In this document: positions 27,912-64,000 of the stretch, one piece after another
How the letters are laid out: each line of letters starts with the position of its first letter
How positions within the stretch are numbered: position 1 is the stretch's first letter
DNA from: Phoronis australis
Lineage: Eukaryota > Animalia > Phoronida
Length of the DNA stretch: 64,000 bases
Assembly: GCA_002633005.1 (NCBI GenBank)
Contig: NMRA01000189.1
Span: 402,667 to 466,666, forward strand
Direction of reading: 5' to 3'
Notes under the pieces: model-generated
The model's input: the letters and a program-made list of their open reading frames with translations, nothing else
Databases searched by the model: none
Told to the model about the DNA's origin: nothing
Made by a program: the position numbers and the translations under genes

Positions 27912-28700
27912 CAGGCCCGTAGGAAGGTAAAAATTATTGGGGGGGCACCGACCCTGGTCGATACGTAACTTCTAATTTCGAAACCACTGCGTTGCACTGG
28001 GGTGTATATATCAACGCTGTAAAATGAACTACTGCAACCACTAGGTACGTTTTGAATTACATAAAAAAATATGTCTACTAATAATAAGGTGTGTAACAGA
28101 TGCTGTACTTTTAGAGTTAATTTTTTGTTAAGATTGACTGGAAATTTTTGGAGCAACATACATGCCGCTCATACGATTACTCTTGCTGAACAGTAAGAAT
28201 GAAGGTGTGAAATAATTATAAATGTTTTTATTTACTCTTCAACATAAATCAGTGGACGTTGCCCTGCTCAGTGCACACAGGAACTCGGGCTGCAGCTAAG
28301 TCTAACGTGGTAAAAACCCCGAGTTGTGCCTTTCGCATTTCACTTCCTCGTACAAAATCGTTTGCCACATTCACCAAATTTAGCTTATCGCACATGTCTT
28401 TGTGAACATGGAGCAACATTAAATGGTTCAACCTCCCCTGTCCCACTGTGGAACGTAAATATGACTTAACACGCCTAAGAGCACTAAATGCTCGTTCGCT
28501 ACTGGCATTTGTTGCAGGCATCACTAACAGCAAGTTTGCTAGTTTAGTTACATTTTCGATCAAGTGTTTTTGACCGGCTGATAATTTCTGCAAATGATCC
28601 ACAACACGAGACAATGTTACCTCTTGACTACCATCCTGTGCATAATTGGCCCCAAACGTAGCCAGGTGACAGCGCAGTGTTGAATCAAAATCATCTTCAT
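27912..28700 (-). mobile_element. hAT DNA transposon 3' end (ZMYM1/THAP12-like transposase), truncated by gap
   Basis: Terminus CAGGCCCGTAGGAAGG at 27912; absent from the second copy of the block. Confidence 0.85.
28249..28699 (-). CDS. hAT transposase C-terminal dimerisation domain (partial)
   Basis: Frame open up to the gap: EDDFDSTLRCHLATF...LLLVMPATNASSERAFSALRRVKSYLRSTVGQGRLNHLMLLHVH. Confidence 0.85.
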
Positions 28701-30598
28701 NGCTAGATATGATCTGATCGGAGATAAGAACTAAAGAGAACCGGCCCTCTAACCATAAATGCCAGAATGGAGTTAATCAGTCATGTAAGATATTGGCTAC
28801 AGGGGTGATCTTCCCAACTTGTTTTTGGGCTATAGAATCGAACAAGTTGGGAGCATTGGGAAAACGCCGTAATGAACTGTCCCGCTTTTTGACACACGGG
28901 CCAAATTGACACACATTTTTTTAATTTCCCGCGTGACATAGCCATATTTTCCCCGCGCTCGACTAAAAAGAAAAATAACGGGATGTTTCATGGGTGCATG
29001 TTTGCGGCACTCGAATCGATTTCCCATTCATTTTTGTGTGTTCTACAAAACACGCAATCTTTTTGTGTTGCAGCGAACATTCATCCTTACGTTTTGGCTA
29101 TAGTCCCCCGACTTATTTCAATGCTGTGCCCCTCGTGTTATCCTAAGTCTCGCTTTTCGATGCAGTTGTTCCGGCGTACTTTTGCTCTTGAATGTTGACC
29201 GTGTCAGCTATGCAACAGGTGATGCGTTGTTTCCTTTTATGTATATTGTTATTTTTCAGAGTGCACTTTCTTCAGAGTACCATAACAATCTTGTGTTCCA
29301 ATGTATGTTGTTTATAACAATCCGGCTTAAACATGTGTTCCAGTAACATGCTGCTACATGAATGAGCATCACTAATTTTTACTTTCTGAAGAGAAAGGGT
29401 TTACAGTATTTTTAAACTTACATGAAAAGTCTTACCCTGCAACCAGTGTAAATTTCAAAGCTACGTGATCTGTTTGCCCACTTATACATATATCAGATAA
29501 CCTTTGTCTGCAAATTTCGGATAGATACTTGGACAAGTTTATCGCATTTTGTAAATGTTACTGCATTCTGAATTTTATTAAACAATTGTATCAAACGGCA
29601 CCAAAGGTCCATTTATTTATAATATAAAATTTTGGACGAGTGCCTAACTAAATTATCCACAGCAAGTGTGTGGGATCCATATTCGAAAACCCTAGGTAAA
29701 AATCTTGAATCGTTCAGTTGAATATCTTTCCCTAATGGCTAACTAGTCAAATATATAACGTCTCTGGTTCATTTCATTTTTTATGTTACTATTACACGCT
29801 GTTGTTTTTCGCATTTTGGTAACACTCTTGGTTTTTGGAATTAAAAAATAGTTTGAACCAGTCAACTTATGAATTAAATTATTTATCTTTTGCTTCTGGT
29901 ATAATCATGAAGAACAGACAAAGGTCGGGCTTTCTAATGATATGCACCCGGTTAACGGCGGAGTTGCGAAAAGTTTTAATGGCGATAACTTACATGTCAA
30001 CTAATTACGTATTTGCTACGTATTTTGTCATTTCTGTAGTGCTACGCCGCCGCGCCAAAATGCTACTTATATTCGACAAGGCCAAATGAGTTGCCAAGGA
30101 GTATACACTCAGAACCACTCATATCATTATAAAGTAGTTACTTAGGTACACCATGCAATGAACTTTGATGCTGATCCTTGACCATACTTTGACTCGTTTT
30201 CACCAGTTCCGTGGTTTTTAACAAAATTGTTATGGTTAGAGCAAAAAATGGTTGACATGTATGCAGTTAATTCCATATCAAGTACACACCAGGAAAAAGC
30301 GAATGCAAACCCTCAGGCCGGTGTGAGGCGCGGCAACCAAACTTAGTGATATCCGACACTGAATAGGCCACAACTGCATGAGAACTGAGTTCCATTCGAT
30401 TCCAGGGCTAGAGTTCTATGTCAAGCTGATAAGAAGCTCGATCAGGCATTGGGCGGGATTTTCCGTGAGTCCGTGGGTGTGTATTTGGAGAATGAAAATT
30501 TTCAAGCCGTTTCAGTCACACCACTGAAATATTAAGCGCCCGTGTNTCAGTAAAAGTGTGATATTTAAATTTAAGTTAATTAATTAATTCATAGTTTG

Positions 30599-30860
30599 CA
30601 GAGGCGGATCGGGGGATTCAGGGGGTTCAACATCCCCCACTCGATCGGGACGTCATGACAGCCGGGATCAAAAATAAGAATTAAAAAAAAATGTCGCCAG
30701 CCTGAGAAAAACGAAATCAGCTACTAAAAACAAAAAAAATCTTACACGGGAGGAGGGAAACCCGGCTCTTCTGTCCGCTTCCCTGCGTTTGGCGCTACGC
30801 GCCTCGCCTATTCGCGCCAAACCTAACCCCCCCTTACTCAAACATATAGATCTGCCACCG
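30599..30860. mobile_element. hAT-like MITE, inverted relative of 21159-21406
   Basis: CAGAGGCGGATC ... AGATCTGCCACCG with similar internal sequence; no clear TSD. Confidence 0.65.
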
Positions 30861-31202
30861 TGGCCTGTGACTGTGGATTTGTCGACACTTCATTTTCATA
30901 AATAATAAATGGGGTAACACAAACTGAACTGCGTGGCTGCCAGTGACTGCCCCCGGGCCTATAGGCAGTTCGCCGGGGTGCGAATGTCTCACGGGCAAAA
31001 TCCTGGGTAATACTCTGCCCTGACACTAGAAATTGTAACACCAAATAAACGCCCGTGTGCGTTTATTCGGCATAATTTTCCGAATAAACGCTCACGGGTT
31101 TCAAATTAACGGGTGACCGTTCTTACGGCCCCGGCGGCATGATACCCACCGGTACCAGCGAAACAAGAACAGAAAAGCTCCCTCTCGTGGCATTATCTCA
31201 AA

Positions 31203-31210
31203 TCACGTGA
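31203..31210. promoter_or_regulatory. E-box TCACGTGA just upstream of the WASHC4 ATG
   Basis: Palindromic bHLH-zip core 14 nt before ATG 31224. Confidence 0.35.
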
Positions 31211-31223
31211 ACTGTGGGAGGAC

Positions 31224-63815
<32,592 letters not shown>

Positions 63816-64000
63816 GTCAGTCAGGGTCATAGGGTTAGGTCAGAGGTCGTGTATTGATTAGTACCAGATGTTTTGATGGTTGATTCTGTCTGGTGGACAG
63901 GATCACCTCAGGCAGCATGGTGTATTAGAATTTCTCATTTTCATTTAGCACTCACCAACATTAAAGATAGAAAATTGTATCTATCTGTTGTATGGTGAAG

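Larger units (their letters stand above)
26243..30282. repeat. Tandem near-duplication (26243-27911 vs 28702-30282) across the N at 28701; probable uncollapsed haplotypes
   Basis: About 1.6 kb near-identical blocks with SNPs and indels; the second copy starts immediately after a single N. Confidence 0.85.

Noticed and set aside
26352-30089. Short similar ORFs in the duplicated block as a small gene family
   Set aside because: Frames differ between copies through indels, showing no coding constraint.

Overview
AT-rich, intron-rich animal genomic DNA, probably from an invertebrate; the taxon cannot be fixed from sequence alone. It is not prokaryotic. Four protein-coding genes were reconstructed by hand from GT-AG splice sites and exon phase: (1) a partial inter-alpha-trypsin inhibitor heavy chain-like VIT+VWA gene on the minus strand (7 exons, 5925->181, runs off the left edge); (2) a complete 4-exon DCPS scavenger decapping gene on the minus strand (20846->15977, 327 aa); (3) a six-finger C2H2 zinc-finger gene on the plus strand (24338-25189); (4) WASHC4/SWIP on the plus strand (27 phase-consistent exons, 31224-63815, about 1148 codons, last exon not found in the window). 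Five tandem near-duplications sit next to single-N gaps and look like uncollapsed haplotypes. Comparing their copies shows several presence/absence transposon polymorphisms. Non-coding DNA carries MITEs, tRNA-derived SINEs, minisatellites and Penelope-like element (PLE) relics. The most notable items are a TSD-flanked palindrome carrying two inverted hammerhead-ribozyme-like motifs, a decayed PLE GIY-YIG endonuclease, a minisatellite made of splice donors, and a MITE family with an apparent 5-bp TSD. I see no convincing evidence of a wholly new biological system.
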